Shown: one piece after another, positions 8,564 to 17,669 of the stretch
Position numbering within the stretch: position 1 is the stretch's first letter
Layout: every line of letters begins with the position of its first letter
Source of the DNA: Roseibacillus sp.
GTDB taxonomy: Bacteria; Verrucomicrobiota; Verrucomicrobiia; Verrucomicrobiales; Akkermansiaceae
Reading direction: 5' to 3'
Assembly (NCBI GenBank): GCA_029242545.1
Contig: JAQWTV010000128.1
Location: 4,817 to 68,816 of the forward strand
Length of the DNA stretch: 64,000 nucleotides
Notes under the pieces: generated by a model
Databases searched by the model: none
What the model was told of the DNA's origin: nothing
What the model saw: only the letters and a program-made list of their open reading frames with translations
Program-made: the position numbers and the translations under genes

Positions 8564-11116
8564 ATGAGGCGGGATCAAAACAGGAATCGGCAACTGTTGC
8601 TGGGAGCTCTTATGTTCCCAGTTGTGATTCCCTGTTCCTTTGCAAAAGAAACACTTATCGGGTTTGAGGACGTGGTGGCGCCTTTCTTCAAGGCTAATTG
8701 CGTGAAGTGTCACGGGCAAAAGAAGGCCAAGGGTAAAGTGACGCTGCATGATCTTGATGGCAACCTGGCTGGAGAAAAGAACTTGGAGCGTTGGGAGTTG
8801 ATTCTCGACGTGTTGCACGCCAGCGAGATGCCGCCGGAAGAGGAGGAGAATCAACCGAGTGCCGAGGATCGTGCCGCCACCGTTAAATGGATCGAGTCGG
8901 GCCTGCGTGACTACGTAACAAAGGCAAGTAAGGTTGCGGTTCCTACAACAACACGCAGGCTAACCAACTTTGAGTATCAGAATACGATGCGGGACTTATT
9001 GGGTTTTGAACTCGAGCTGGCCAAGGACCTGCCCGTCGATCCGGACAAGCCCTATTATTTCAATAATACTGCGGAAATGATGATGATAGGGCCGGATCAG
9101 CTGGTTCGCTACAAGGAGGCGGCACGCAGGGCGATGGCAAGTGTGATTGTCGATCCTGGAAAGCCGGAAATCCACCGATTTAGCTCGAAGTGGGACCATG
9201 GAAAACCAGGGAAAGGCGGATTGACCCACGCCGAAATTGGCGTCTATCAGGGGCCTGGGGTCGGGAGGAAAACCGTCGGCTTGAAAAACTGGCCCAAGAC
9301 TGGTGAGTTCAAAATCCGCATCAAGGCATCGGGGAATTTCCCTCCGGGGTTCAGGGAAGTGCCACTCCGTCTGGTGATGGGTACCGACCTCCGCCATGAT
9401 TCAGGATCGGGAGTCTATCGGGAAGTGGGAATCGTTCATCTGACAAACGCTCATGATAAACCCAAGGAGTTTGAATTTCGGGGGCGTATCGAAAACATCC
9501 CGGTTCAGTCGGCCAGCAAGCACAGAAACAAGGTGCGCCCACCCAGCATCACCATCACCGCCCAGAATATTTTCGACAACGGCGAACTCAACGACCACCG
9601 CAAGAGCGGCTTTGATGCCTCCTGGAGTGTCAAGGCTCCCCGCGTGGTCCTTGAGTCGCTCGAGTTCGAGGCCCCCGTGTCTGAGGCCTGGCCGCCGGAG
9701 CACCACACGCGGATCTTCTTTGAATCACCTCTGCGTCACACGAACACTGGCGAGTATGCTTACGAGGTTATCAAACGTTTCATGGCACGGGCGTTCCGGC
9801 GACCGGTTGCCAGAGGTGAGGTCGATCATTATTTCCGGATCTACAAAATCTACGATGCAGAGTTAGACACTCTTGAGCAGACGATGCGTGAGACGCTTGC
9901 GATGGTGCTGATATCACCGCAGTTTCTTTATCATACGGTGATTGATGACGCCGCCGCGACGAAGCAATATGAACTCGCCTCACGTCTATCTTATTTCCTC
10001 TGGGGAAGCATGCCGGATCAGGAGCTGTTTGATCTCGCTGCCTCAGGCAAGCTCAATGACCCCACAGCGATTGAGGCCCAGGTCCGCCGACTCTTAGTTG
10101 ACAAGCGTGCGGCAGGATTTGTCGAGAACTTCACCACCCAGTGGCTAAGTATAGCCAAGATGAAAACGGTGAGCATCAATCGCGATCTCTTTCCGCGGTT
10201 TCTCTATACCGTGCACGTCGGTGAGCGACGTGGTCAGGAGCAGCAGTTCCGGCCAACTATCCGCGACTATATGCACGAGGAGACGGTGGGCTTCATCAGG
10301 GAACTGATCAGAAATAACGAGAGTGTCATGAATATCGTCGACTCTGATTTTGCTTACCTCAACGAGCCGCTGGCGGTGCATTACGGTGTCGAGGGCGTGC
10401 AGGGATTAAAGCTTCGTGCCGTTCCGATTAAGCCCGAGCATCGTCTTGGCGGTCTGCTAACGCAGGGCTCTGTGTTGGTGGGGAATTCCACGGGTTCGGC
10501 TCCACACCCGATCTATCGTGCTGTCTGGTTGCGGGAGGCCATTCTAGGCGATGAGGTTAAGCCGCCACCTGCTGAAGTTCCGGCATTATCTGACTCAGTT
10601 GGTGATTCTGCTGAGGAAGCGGTTTCGATCAAGAACCTGCTCGCGCTCCACCGTAATAAGGAAAGCTGCAACGATTGCCACATACGGCTCGATCCATGGG
10701 GGATTCCATTCGAACGCTACAGCGCGATCGGTAAATACCAGCCCTTGGTTCCCAAGAAGAAGGTCCGGGTGCGTGGGGTTAACCATCAGCAGGACAAGAG
10801 TCTCGCAAGCTACCAGGCCTATCTGAAATCGATCTATACGGAAGAAGTGGACGCCTCCTCGCGCGTGCCTTACGGCCCCATGGTGGACGGCATGCAGGAT
10901 CTCAAGAAGTATTTGCTCAAGGCTCGCAAGGATGAGATCGCCAAAAACATCATTCGCAAGCTCATGACTTACGGTATCGGCCGGGAGCTAACCTATCGCG
11001 ATCGATTTGAAGTTAAGAAATTGCTGACACTGGCCGAAGAAAACGGATATACACTGCAGGACATGATTATATCCATTTGCCAGAGCCCCACATTCACAGG
11101 TGTCCTGACCAAGTAG
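8564..11116 (+). CDS. DUF1592/DUF1585-type 'Planctomycete cytochrome c' family protein (PSD family), function unknown
   Basis: A CxxCH haem motif lies near the N-terminus (FFKANCVKCHGQKK). The long conserved body is typical of DUF1587/1592/1595/1588/1585 proteins (TQWL, PHPIYRAVW, CNDCHIRLDPWG). It is immediately followed by a DUF1552 partner. The track ORF starts at GTG 8540; ATG 8564 (MRRDQNRNRQLLLGALMF...) gives a signal-like N-terminus. Confidence 0.8.
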   Translation: MRRDQNRNRQLLLGALMFPVVIPCSFAKETLIGFEDVVAPFFKANCVKCHGQKKAKGKVTLHDLDGNLAGEKNLERWELILDVLHASEMPPEEEENQPSAEDRAATVKWIESGLRDYVTKASKVAVPTTTRRLTNFEYQNTMRDLLGFELELAKDLPVDPDKPYYFNNTAEMMMIGPDQLVRYKEAARRAMASVIVDPGKPEIHRFSSKWDHGKPGKGGLTHAEIGVYQGPGVGRKTVGLKNWPKTGEFKIRIKASGNFPPGFREVPLRLVMGTDLRHDSGSGVYREVGIVHLTNAHDKPKEFEFRGRIENIPVQSASKHRNKVRPPSITITAQNIFDNGELNDHRKSGFDASWSVKAPRVVLESLEFEAPVSEAWPPEHHTRIFFESPLRHTNTGEYAYEVIKRFMARAFRRPVARGEVDHYFRIYKIYDAELDTLEQTMRETLAMVLISPQFLYHTVIDDAAATKQYELASRLSYFLWGSMPDQELFDLAASGKLNDPTAIEAQVRRLLVDKRAAGFVENFTTQWLSIAKMKTVSINRDLFPRFLYTVHVGERRGQEQQFRPTIRDYMHEETVGFIRELIRNNESVMNIVDSDFAYLNEPLAVHYGVEGVQGLKLRAVPIKPEHRLGGLLTQGSVLVGNSTGSAPHPIYRAVWLREAILGDEVKPPPAEVPALSDSVGDSAEEAVSIKNLLALHRNKESCNDCHIRLDPWGIPFERYSAIGKYQPLVPKKKVRVRGVNHQQDKSLASYQAYLKSIYTEEVDASSRVPYGPMVDGMQDLKKYLLKARKDEIAKNIIRKLMTYGIGRELTYRDRFEVKKLLTLAEENGYTLQDMIISICQSPTFTGVLTK

Positions 11117-11126
11117 GAATAATTCC

Positions 11127-12467
11127 ATGAAACAGAAATCCTGGCATATTCATCGACGTGAGTTCGTCAGGGGAGGTGGCATTGCACTGGCCCTGCCGTT
11201 TCTCCAGGGCATGTCATGGGGCAAGGTGGCAACTGGCAAGTTGCTGCCAAAACGCATGGTGGTCAGCTACATCGCCTACGGTGTCTACGAACCTAAAACC
11301 AAGGACGGTTCGCACCACGACTGGAACTGGTGGCCGTGCAAGGGCGCCGGTCCGCTCACTTTTAATCAATCAGCAGCTCCCTTTGCGCCATTGAAGGATT
11401 CTGTGAGTTACCTGCGCGGACTTGAACACGCAGGAGGGGTCGGAATGGGCGGCCACAGCAGTGGCGATGTTTTCGCCACCGGCGCCAACATGTCTGGAAC
11501 GGAAAAAACAAACAACATCTCCGTCGATCAACTCGCCGCGAAGGTGAGCGGACATAAGACCCGTTACGCCTCACTCGTGTTAGGCACCGAGGGTGGCACG
11601 GGATTATATGGCAGCGCCAAGACACTCTCGCACTACGGTCCCGGTCGCCCGATCCCGTCGATGCACCGACCCCAGGATATTTTTAACCGCCTGTTCAATC
11701 CCTACTCAGGCAAAGGGGTCGAGCAAGTACGTGCCGACCTCAAACGAGAAGCGAGTGTGCTCGACCTGATGATGGAGGACTCCAGGAGACTCCAGGGTCG
11801 GCTTGGAAAAGAAGACCAGCAGAAAATGGAGGAGTATCTCGACTCCGTTCGCGCTCTGGAAAATCGTGTCGAACGTAACAGTCAATGGACACACCAGCCA
11901 TTGCCGAATGTCGATACCAAGGGGCTGAATCTTGAGATTTCCCACAAGGATCCGGAGGAATACACCCGATGCATGTATGACTTGCTCTACCTTGCGTTAC
12001 AGACCGATTCCACCCGCTTTGCCACCCTCATGCTCGAAAGTGAGCATTCCAGTGGCAGCGAGATGTGGAACTACGCCAACTACGTTCTCGGCTACAAAGG
12101 AGCCACTCACGACATCGCGCACAAGCGCCCAACCGAATCAGGAAAGTGGGACAACTGGCGTGCCAAACAGCATGCCTACTTCCTGGAGCGCTTGCGAAAT
12201 ACTCCGGAAGGGGACAGCAACATGCTCGATCAGACCGTAGTCGTCTGGGGGTCAGCTCATCCACACGCCTCCCACAATACCAGGAACTACCCGATTCAGG
12301 TGGCGGGGGGAAATGCGCTTGGATTCAAGCACGGGAACTTGCACTCCTTCGAGGGCGACAGGAAGGTGCCGCTTGCCAACCTGTTCGTCTCGATGCTTCA
12401 TGCAGTGGACGTGCCAGCGAAGTCGTTTGCCGACAGCACGGGGTCGATGGCCGAGGTGCTTGTATAG
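11127..12467 (+). CDS. DUF1552 domain protein, the usual partner of DUF1592 proteins
   Basis: Tat-like N-terminus (HRREFVRGGGIALALPFLQG). Length is ~446 aa. It starts 10 nt after the DUF1592 gene ends, which is the canonical gene pair in Planctomycetes and Verrucomicrobia. Confidence 0.8.
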   Translation: MKQKSWHIHRREFVRGGGIALALPFLQGMSWGKVATGKLLPKRMVVSYIAYGVYEPKTKDGSHHDWNWWPCKGAGPLTFNQSAAPFAPLKDSVSYLRGLEHAGGVGMGGHSSGDVFATGANMSGTEKTNNISVDQLAAKVSGHKTRYASLVLGTEGGTGLYGSAKTLSHYGPGRPIPSMHRPQDIFNRLFNPYSGKGVEQVRADLKREASVLDLMMEDSRRLQGRLGKEDQQKMEEYLDSVRALENRVERNSQWTHQPLPNVDTKGLNLEISHKDPEEYTRCMYDLLYLALQTDSTRFATLMLESEHSSGSEMWNYANYVLGYKGATHDIAHKRPTESGKWDNWRAKQHAYFLERLRNTPEGDSNMLDQTVVVWGSAHPHASHNTRNYPIQVAGGNALGFKHGNLHSFEGDRKVPLANLFVSMLHAVDVPAKSFADSTGSMAEVLV

Positions 12468-12535
12468 GCATGAAAGCTCTTCTCTGCATTCTTCTGCAAA
12501 GGCCTCGGCCTGACTCCCTTCAACTTACCCAAACC

Positions 12536-13729
12536 ATGAAATTACTCCTAATAAGTCTTGTGGCCCTGTTGGGCGTTTCTTTTTCGTTGTCGGCCAAGCC
12601 GCTGAAAGTCTACCTGTTGGTCGGCCAATCCAATATGCAGGGGCATGCGGCAGAGCGAACGTTGGGGCACCTGGAGATGGATCCGAAAACGGCTCCGTTG
12701 TTGAAAGCGATCCAGAATGCGGATGGCTCGGCCAAGGTGCATGATCAGATTTGGATTTCATCAATAGAGACCTCTGAGGAGTCCGGTGTGAAGGAAGGGA
12801 AACTGACTGTCGGCTACGGCGCAGGAGGGCGCGATCCCAAGATCGGTCCGGAGTTGACCTTCGGCATCACCATGCAAAAGCACGCTGGTGAGCCAATTCT
12901 TTTGATCAAGGCATCGTGGGGGGGCAAGTCTTTGAACACGGATTTCCGGCCACCCAGTTCGGGGGCCTATGTTTTCAACGAGCAGCAAATCGAGAACTTC
13001 AAGAAGCGAGAAAAGGATCTCGCTGAGGTGCGCCAGGAAAAGATCAATTCCACCGGAGTTTATTATCGGCTCATGCTCGAGCATATCCGCAAGGTGCTCG
13101 GTGACATCAAGCGCGTGTATCCGGCTTACGATGCCAAGGCGGGGTACGAGGTGGCGGGATTTGTGTGGTTCCAGGGCTGGAACGACATGGTCGATGGCGG
13201 CACCTATCCCACGCGTGGCCAGCCGGGCAGCTATGATGCCTACAGCAAGAATCTTACGCACTTCATACGCGATGTGCGCAAGGATCTCAAGGCACCCAAG
13301 CTGCCGTTTGTGATCGGTGTGATGGGTGCGGGTGGGCCCATTACCAAGTATGGTCCGGACCAGAAACGCTACGCCGGCATCCACGGTGAATTCCGCAAGG
13401 CCATGGCCGCACCAGCCAAGTTGCCGGAATTCAGGGGTAACGTCACCGCCGTGCTGACGGAAAATTACTGGGACGGAGAGCTCTCCGAGCTTGTCGATCG
13501 CCGCGGCAGGATCAACGCCAAACGCCGCGAGCTTTCAAAGGATAAATCACTCAACCGGGAACAACGTGATAAGGCCCTTGCTGAGCTCAATGCCAAGCTG
13601 TTCACCAAGGAAGAGCTGAAGATCCTGGAACTTGGCGTCTCCAATGCCGCCTATCACTATCTGGGATCGGCCAAGATTCTTGGCCAGATCGGCAAAGCCT
13701 TTGCTGATGCGCTTGCCAGAATGAACTAA
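12536..13729 (+). CDS. DUF303/SGNH-type carbohydrate esterase (sialate O-acetylesterase-like), minimal version
   Basis: Signal peptide MKLLLISLVALLGVSFSLSA followed by VYLLVGQSNMQGHA, LLIKASWGGKSLNTDFRPPSSG and AGFVWFQGWNDM. The track ORF 12065.. extends upstream over the DUF1552 gene. ATG 12536 is in frame and gives the signal peptide. Confidence 0.8.
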   Translation: MKLLLISLVALLGVSFSLSAKPLKVYLLVGQSNMQGHAAERTLGHLEMDPKTAPLLKAIQNADGSAKVHDQIWISSIETSEESGVKEGKLTVGYGAGGRDPKIGPELTFGITMQKHAGEPILLIKASWGGKSLNTDFRPPSSGAYVFNEQQIENFKKREKDLAEVRQEKINSTGVYYRLMLEHIRKVLGDIKRVYPAYDAKAGYEVAGFVWFQGWNDMVDGGTYPTRGQPGSYDAYSKNLTHFIRDVRKDLKAPKLPFVIGVMGAGGPITKYGPDQKRYAGIHGEFRKAMAAPAKLPEFRGNVTAVLTENYWDGELSELVDRRGRINAKRRELSKDKSLNREQRDKALAELNAKLFTKEELKILELGVSNAAYHYLGSAKILGQIGKAFADALARMN

Positions 13730-13757
13730 CCTGCAAAAAAGAAGGCAACCAACTCAT

Positions 13758-14795
13758 ATGACTCGATTATTTCTACTGTGTCTGCTCTGCACGGCTTTGT
13801 TCAATGATCTGGCAGCTCAGCAGGGCAATCCTGAAGCGGCCGCCCCTCAAGGTGACCTTTGGTTAACGTATCCGGGGTCAAAGGGACCGGGAAAGGGAAA
13901 GCATGTTGTGCTGATTGCTGCTGAGCAGGAGTACCGCAGTGAACAATCCATGCCGATGCTGGCGAAGGTTCTCTCCAGTCATCATGGCTTTGATTGCACC
14001 GTTCTGTTTTCCGTGAATGAAAAAGGGGAAGTTGACCCAACGATGCCGGCTCCGTTCAAAGACAAAGAAAAACGCCATAATATCCCAGGTCTTGATCACC
14101 TGGAAAAGGCTGATTGCGTGATCTGGATCTCGCGCTTCATGCATCTTCCTGAAGCTCAGATGCAGCATTTCTATGACTACTTTGATTCAGGAAAACCACT
14201 CATTGCCCTGCGAACTGCCAACCACGGTTTCTGGGGTGGGCTCAAATACAAGAAGGGAGGTAAAAATGTTTCCCTGCGCGAGATGCTGGGAGGCACTTTC
14301 ATGGGCCATCACGGGGGCTGGCATCGTGAGGCGACACGCGGAGTGATTGTTCCTGAGAACAGGAAACATTCTATTCTCAGCGGAGTCGGGGATATCTGGG
14401 GAACTTCCGATGTGTATCGGTGTCATAATGACAAGAATCCTTTCCCGGAGGATTGTAAGTCATTGGTCCTGGGCCAGCCATTGATCAATCTTGAAAGGGA
14501 TGCTCCACCCAATACCAAGAAGGAGCCATTACCTGTTGCTTGGACGAAAACATGGATCGGGAACAAGGGTCTGGAATCCAGAATATTTCATTTCACGATG
14601 GGCTCCGCGATGGATCTGGAAAATGACGGAGTGAGAAGAATTACGGTAAACGCCGTCTACTGGGGGCTAGGTATGGAAAAAGCAATCAAGGGGGACAGAT
14701 CAATTGAAATCATTGGCGATTACAGCCCGCTGAAGGCCGGTTTTAATTACGAGAAGCTGGGCGTTAAACCTCGTAAGGTAGAGTATTATCGGTGA
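13758..14795 (+). CDS. ThuA-like (class-I glutamine-amidotransferase-fold) exported protein
   Basis: Signal peptide present. The pattern HVVLIAAEQEYRSEQSMPMLAKVL...ADCVIWISRF...GKPLIALRTANHGF resembles ThuA-domain proteins. Assignment is by motif memory only. Confidence 0.55.
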   Translation: MTRLFLLCLLCTALFNDLAAQQGNPEAAAPQGDLWLTYPGSKGPGKGKHVVLIAAEQEYRSEQSMPMLAKVLSSHHGFDCTVLFSVNEKGEVDPTMPAPFKDKEKRHNIPGLDHLEKADCVIWISRFMHLPEAQMQHFYDYFDSGKPLIALRTANHGFWGGLKYKKGGKNVSLREMLGGTFMGHHGGWHREATRGVIVPENRKHSILSGVGDIWGTSDVYRCHNDKNPFPEDCKSLVLGQPLINLERDAPPNTKKEPLPVAWTKTWIGNKGLESRIFHFTMGSAMDLENDGVRRITVNAVYWGLGMEKAIKGDRSIEIIGDYSPLKAGFNYEKLGVKPRKVEYYR

Positions 14796-14886
14796 TATGA
14801 CCGCGTGATTCAGCGAGAACCGCCTGAGATTTCCTGATTGCCGTGGGATTCGAAAGAGCTGGAATTCAGAAAGTGGAAAAAGCATC

Positions 14887-16044
14887 GTGCGGGCATCAAT
14901 GAGCCTGTATCGACCGATAGTCACTGCCCTGCTTGTTATTACTGGATTATCGGTCACCTCCCGCGCCGGTGACGGACTGGAAGATTTCCTCGGGAAACCA
15001 GTTTTCGAGAAACAGCGCCTGTTCGATGATCAGCGCTATCCCAATGTGGTAGTGACCACCCGCGGAACGGTAATTTCTGTCTGGGGTAACAATGGGGTGG
15101 TGGTGCGCCGGAGTGAGGATGGAGGCAGGGCGTGGGGTGGACTCATCACCGTCTCCGAAAAGGGATATCATGGTGGAGGTGCAACGGTTGAAGAAAAATC
15201 TGGGGATATCCTGGTCTTCGTCGAGGACCGGCAGCCGCCGGCACCATTGACTGTATATCGTAGTCGTGATGATGGTAAGACGTGGCAGGCGCAGGTGACG
15301 GTGATTGAGAAGGACGTAAACGGGAACACGCCTTCCATGCACATGAATGAACACGGTATCACATTGCGGCATGGCAAGCATAAGGGACGCCTGCTGCGCC
15401 CGACTCGCTACTACGGTCCTAATGGAGGTGGTGCAGAATGGCCCCTGCAATATACCAATGCCATCTACAGTGACGACGGCGGAGAGTCATGGAAGACGAG
15501 CGGGCCTTTTCCTGAAAAGGGGACGGGGGAGGCGACCCTTGTGGAGTTGTCGGATGGGCGCATTTACTATAATTCGCGGGTGCATTGGCCCGAGCGTCCA
15601 CGGAATAAACGCCGACGAGAAGCATGGAGTGACGATGGCGGAGTAACGTGGAAGGATTGGCGTATCGTGGAGGCGCTTCCAGATGGAGATCAGGGCAGAC
15701 CCTACGGATGCATGGGAGGATTGACGCGATTGCCGTTAGAGCAGCGTGATGTCCTGATCTTCAGCAACCTTGATACCGACGCCTCGCATCGTGAGAGGGT
15801 CTCGGTATGGGCGAGTTTTGATGGTGGGAAGACCTGGCCTCTCAAGCGATTAGTGGATTCTGGACGAAGTGGCTACTCATCGCTCGCGGTCGGTCGGGTC
15901 CAGACCAAATCGAACGGGTGGATCTATCTTCTCTACGAGCACGATCCATTCAAGGGAGCTTACATTGCGCGATTCAACCTGGCATGGCTGCTTGACGGTG
16001 AACTCACAGGAGATGGGAAACTACCGCGTATTAAGAGCAGATAG
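14887..16044 (+). CDS. BNR/Asp-box exo-alpha-sialidase-like glycoside hydrolase (GH33-like)
   Basis: Five canonical Asp-boxes (SxDxGxxW): SEDGGRAW, SRDDGKTW, SDDGGESW, SDDGGVTW and SFDGGKTW. Signal peptide present. An RYP motif sits near the N-terminus where sialidases carry RIP. The start is GTG 14887, or alternatively ATG 14899. Confidence 0.8.
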   Translation: MRASMSLYRPIVTALLVITGLSVTSRAGDGLEDFLGKPVFEKQRLFDDQRYPNVVVTTRGTVISVWGNNGVVVRRSEDGGRAWGGLITVSEKGYHGGGATVEEKSGDILVFVEDRQPPAPLTVYRSRDDGKTWQAQVTVIEKDVNGNTPSMHMNEHGITLRHGKHKGRLLRPTRYYGPNGGGAEWPLQYTNAIYSDDGGESWKTSGPFPEKGTGEATLVELSDGRIYYNSRVHWPERPRNKRRREAWSDDGGVTWKDWRIVEALPDGDQGRPYGCMGGLTRLPLEQRDVLIFSNLDTDASHRERVSVWASFDGGKTWPLKRLVDSGRSGYSSLAVGRVQTKSNGWIYLLYEHDPFKGAYIARFNLAWLLDGELTGDGKLPRIKSR

Positions 16045-16057
16045 AGAACGAGTCGAG

Positions 16058-17443
16058 TTAACGGCGGCTGCTTCGTTGTTCGAAGTGCTTCTGTAATTCT
16101 TCCCTGCTGAGGGAACCGTTTTCGTCAGTGTCCATCATCTTGAAGCGGTCGATCATCGGTCCACGTGCCTCTTCGAGGGAGATGGCTCCATCCCCGTTGG
16201 CATCCATTCGTTCCAGCATCTGCCCTGCATCAGGACGGCGACGTTGGCCGAAGCCTCCTCGACCGCCGCCCGGTCGCTGGCGCCTGTCAAGGCCTCTCCC
16301 TGCTCCCGGAGAACGCACCGAACCGGCATCCCGGTCACGCCTGAGTTCGATTTCGTAGCGATGGGTGACAGCCCGGCACCAGCCCTCTTCGTCATCGCAG
16401 GCAAAATAGGAAACCGTAAGTTCGAGAGGCTGCTCAATCCGTCCGGTACTGGAATCGATCTCGATCAAGAACTCACGTGGATCAATATCCGAGGGGGTCT
16501 TGACCTTGGGAGCGGACCCTTTGCTTGTGCTCAGCTTGATCCCCTTGGTGGTCTTGAATTCAAAATGAAGGGGGTCTGCAAGGTTGTTCCAATGCACCGT
16601 ATGGACAGGGTCGAGGTGGAAGCCGATATGGAGTTTTCCCTTCCCCTGGTCCATCAGTCCCCGATCCGCCTCGGCACGGAGTTTAATGTAGAATGTCTCC
16701 TTTGCCTGTTCCTTTTCGCCCTTAGGAGAGATGGGACGGACAATTACAGCCATTGCCCCTTCGGGTTTTTCCGTCCGGGGAACGATACCGCTAGCGATCT
16801 TGCTTGCCGGGGCGGCCTTGGTCTTTCGATTCAGATCGGATGGTGAGGTTATCGTCTTTGTCTTCCCAATGAGCTTCTCCAAGTCAGCTCTCAGGGTTTC
16901 AGGATCGCTCCAGCTTCGGGCGACAAGAATCCTGCCTTCCGGGGAAATGATGAATTCCGAGTTGGGCCGATCGCCAAGTGCATGCTTGAGATCGTTCGCC
17001 ATGGTGTCGGCAAGCCATGGGATTCTCGTGTCGAGTTGCCTGCGGGCGGCAGAGACATGCTTGAGTCTCTCCTCGATGGTTATGGGTTGGACGAGTCGGT
17101 CGCGTTCCGGATGGGCAAGGGATTTGTAGACATAGTAGAAGACGAGCTTCTCGCTCTTCTCCCGGTAATCATGCTGAATTGCCTCCAAACTGGAGACATT
17201 ACGAAGGAAAGGGGGTCAGGTCAGGCAGCCAAAGACGAGAACGGCATGTTTTCCCTTGAGCTTCTCTCTTAGGCCAAAGCTGCGTCCCTGAGCATCGAAT
17301 ACGTCGATATCCGGAATCGCACTGCCGATCGCGGGAACCTTATCGTCACCTCCTCTCCGCTCTCTTCGGTCCTGCCCTTGGACAAGAGATTGGAGGGAGC
17401 AGGCAGTCAAGAGGACCACCGTGATTGCTGTGCTCTTTATCAT
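16058..17443 (-). CDS. Candidate selenoprotein: a lipoprotein with a deiodinase-like thioredoxin fold (CxxU), a DsbD-N-like domain, an RG-rich linker and two EF-hands. The in-frame UGA at 17218..17216 is read as Sec.
   Basis: ORFs 17216..17443 and 16058..17188 share one frame and are separated by a single TGA. Read-through gives VLVFGCLT-U-PPFLRNVSSLEAIQ...LVFYYVYKSLAHPERD. The lipobox is VVLLTAC. The motif LTVSYFACDDEEGWC is DsbD-alpha-like. The EF-hand loops DANGDGAISLEE and DTDENGSLSREE are canonical. Confidence 0.6.
17181..17198 (-). other. Candidate bacterial SECIS hairpin downstream of the in-frame UGA
   Basis: The mRNA reads UGA-CCCCCUUUCCUUCGUAA-U GUCUCCA GUU UGGAGGC A. This forms an 8-bp stem (one G.U pair) with a GUU triloop starting 17 nt after the UGA. 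G is the first loop base. Confidence 0.4.
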
Positions 17444-17669
17444 TTCAATCCGAGCTAACAGACCATCCGTGTATTTTACAAGATCCGTAGTTGTAGTTCA
17501 TTGATTTTCAGTGGCCCGATCGGTCTAAGAGAGATGTTCTGTGGGGAGGGAAAGGGGGCTATCACAAGATTATTGAGGCGGGGATCTTATAAATGCAAAA
17601 AAATCGCAATTGGAACTTGATAACAGAAGCGGATAGGTGATTGTTGCGAAGAAGTTGCATTAATACCTC

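Noticed and set aside
12065-12535. Upstream extension of the esterase ORF 12065..13729
   Set aside because: It overlaps the 3' third of the DUF1552 gene in another frame and is Arg/Ser/Gln-rich nonsense-like sequence. The in-frame ATG at 12536 yields a clean signal peptide.
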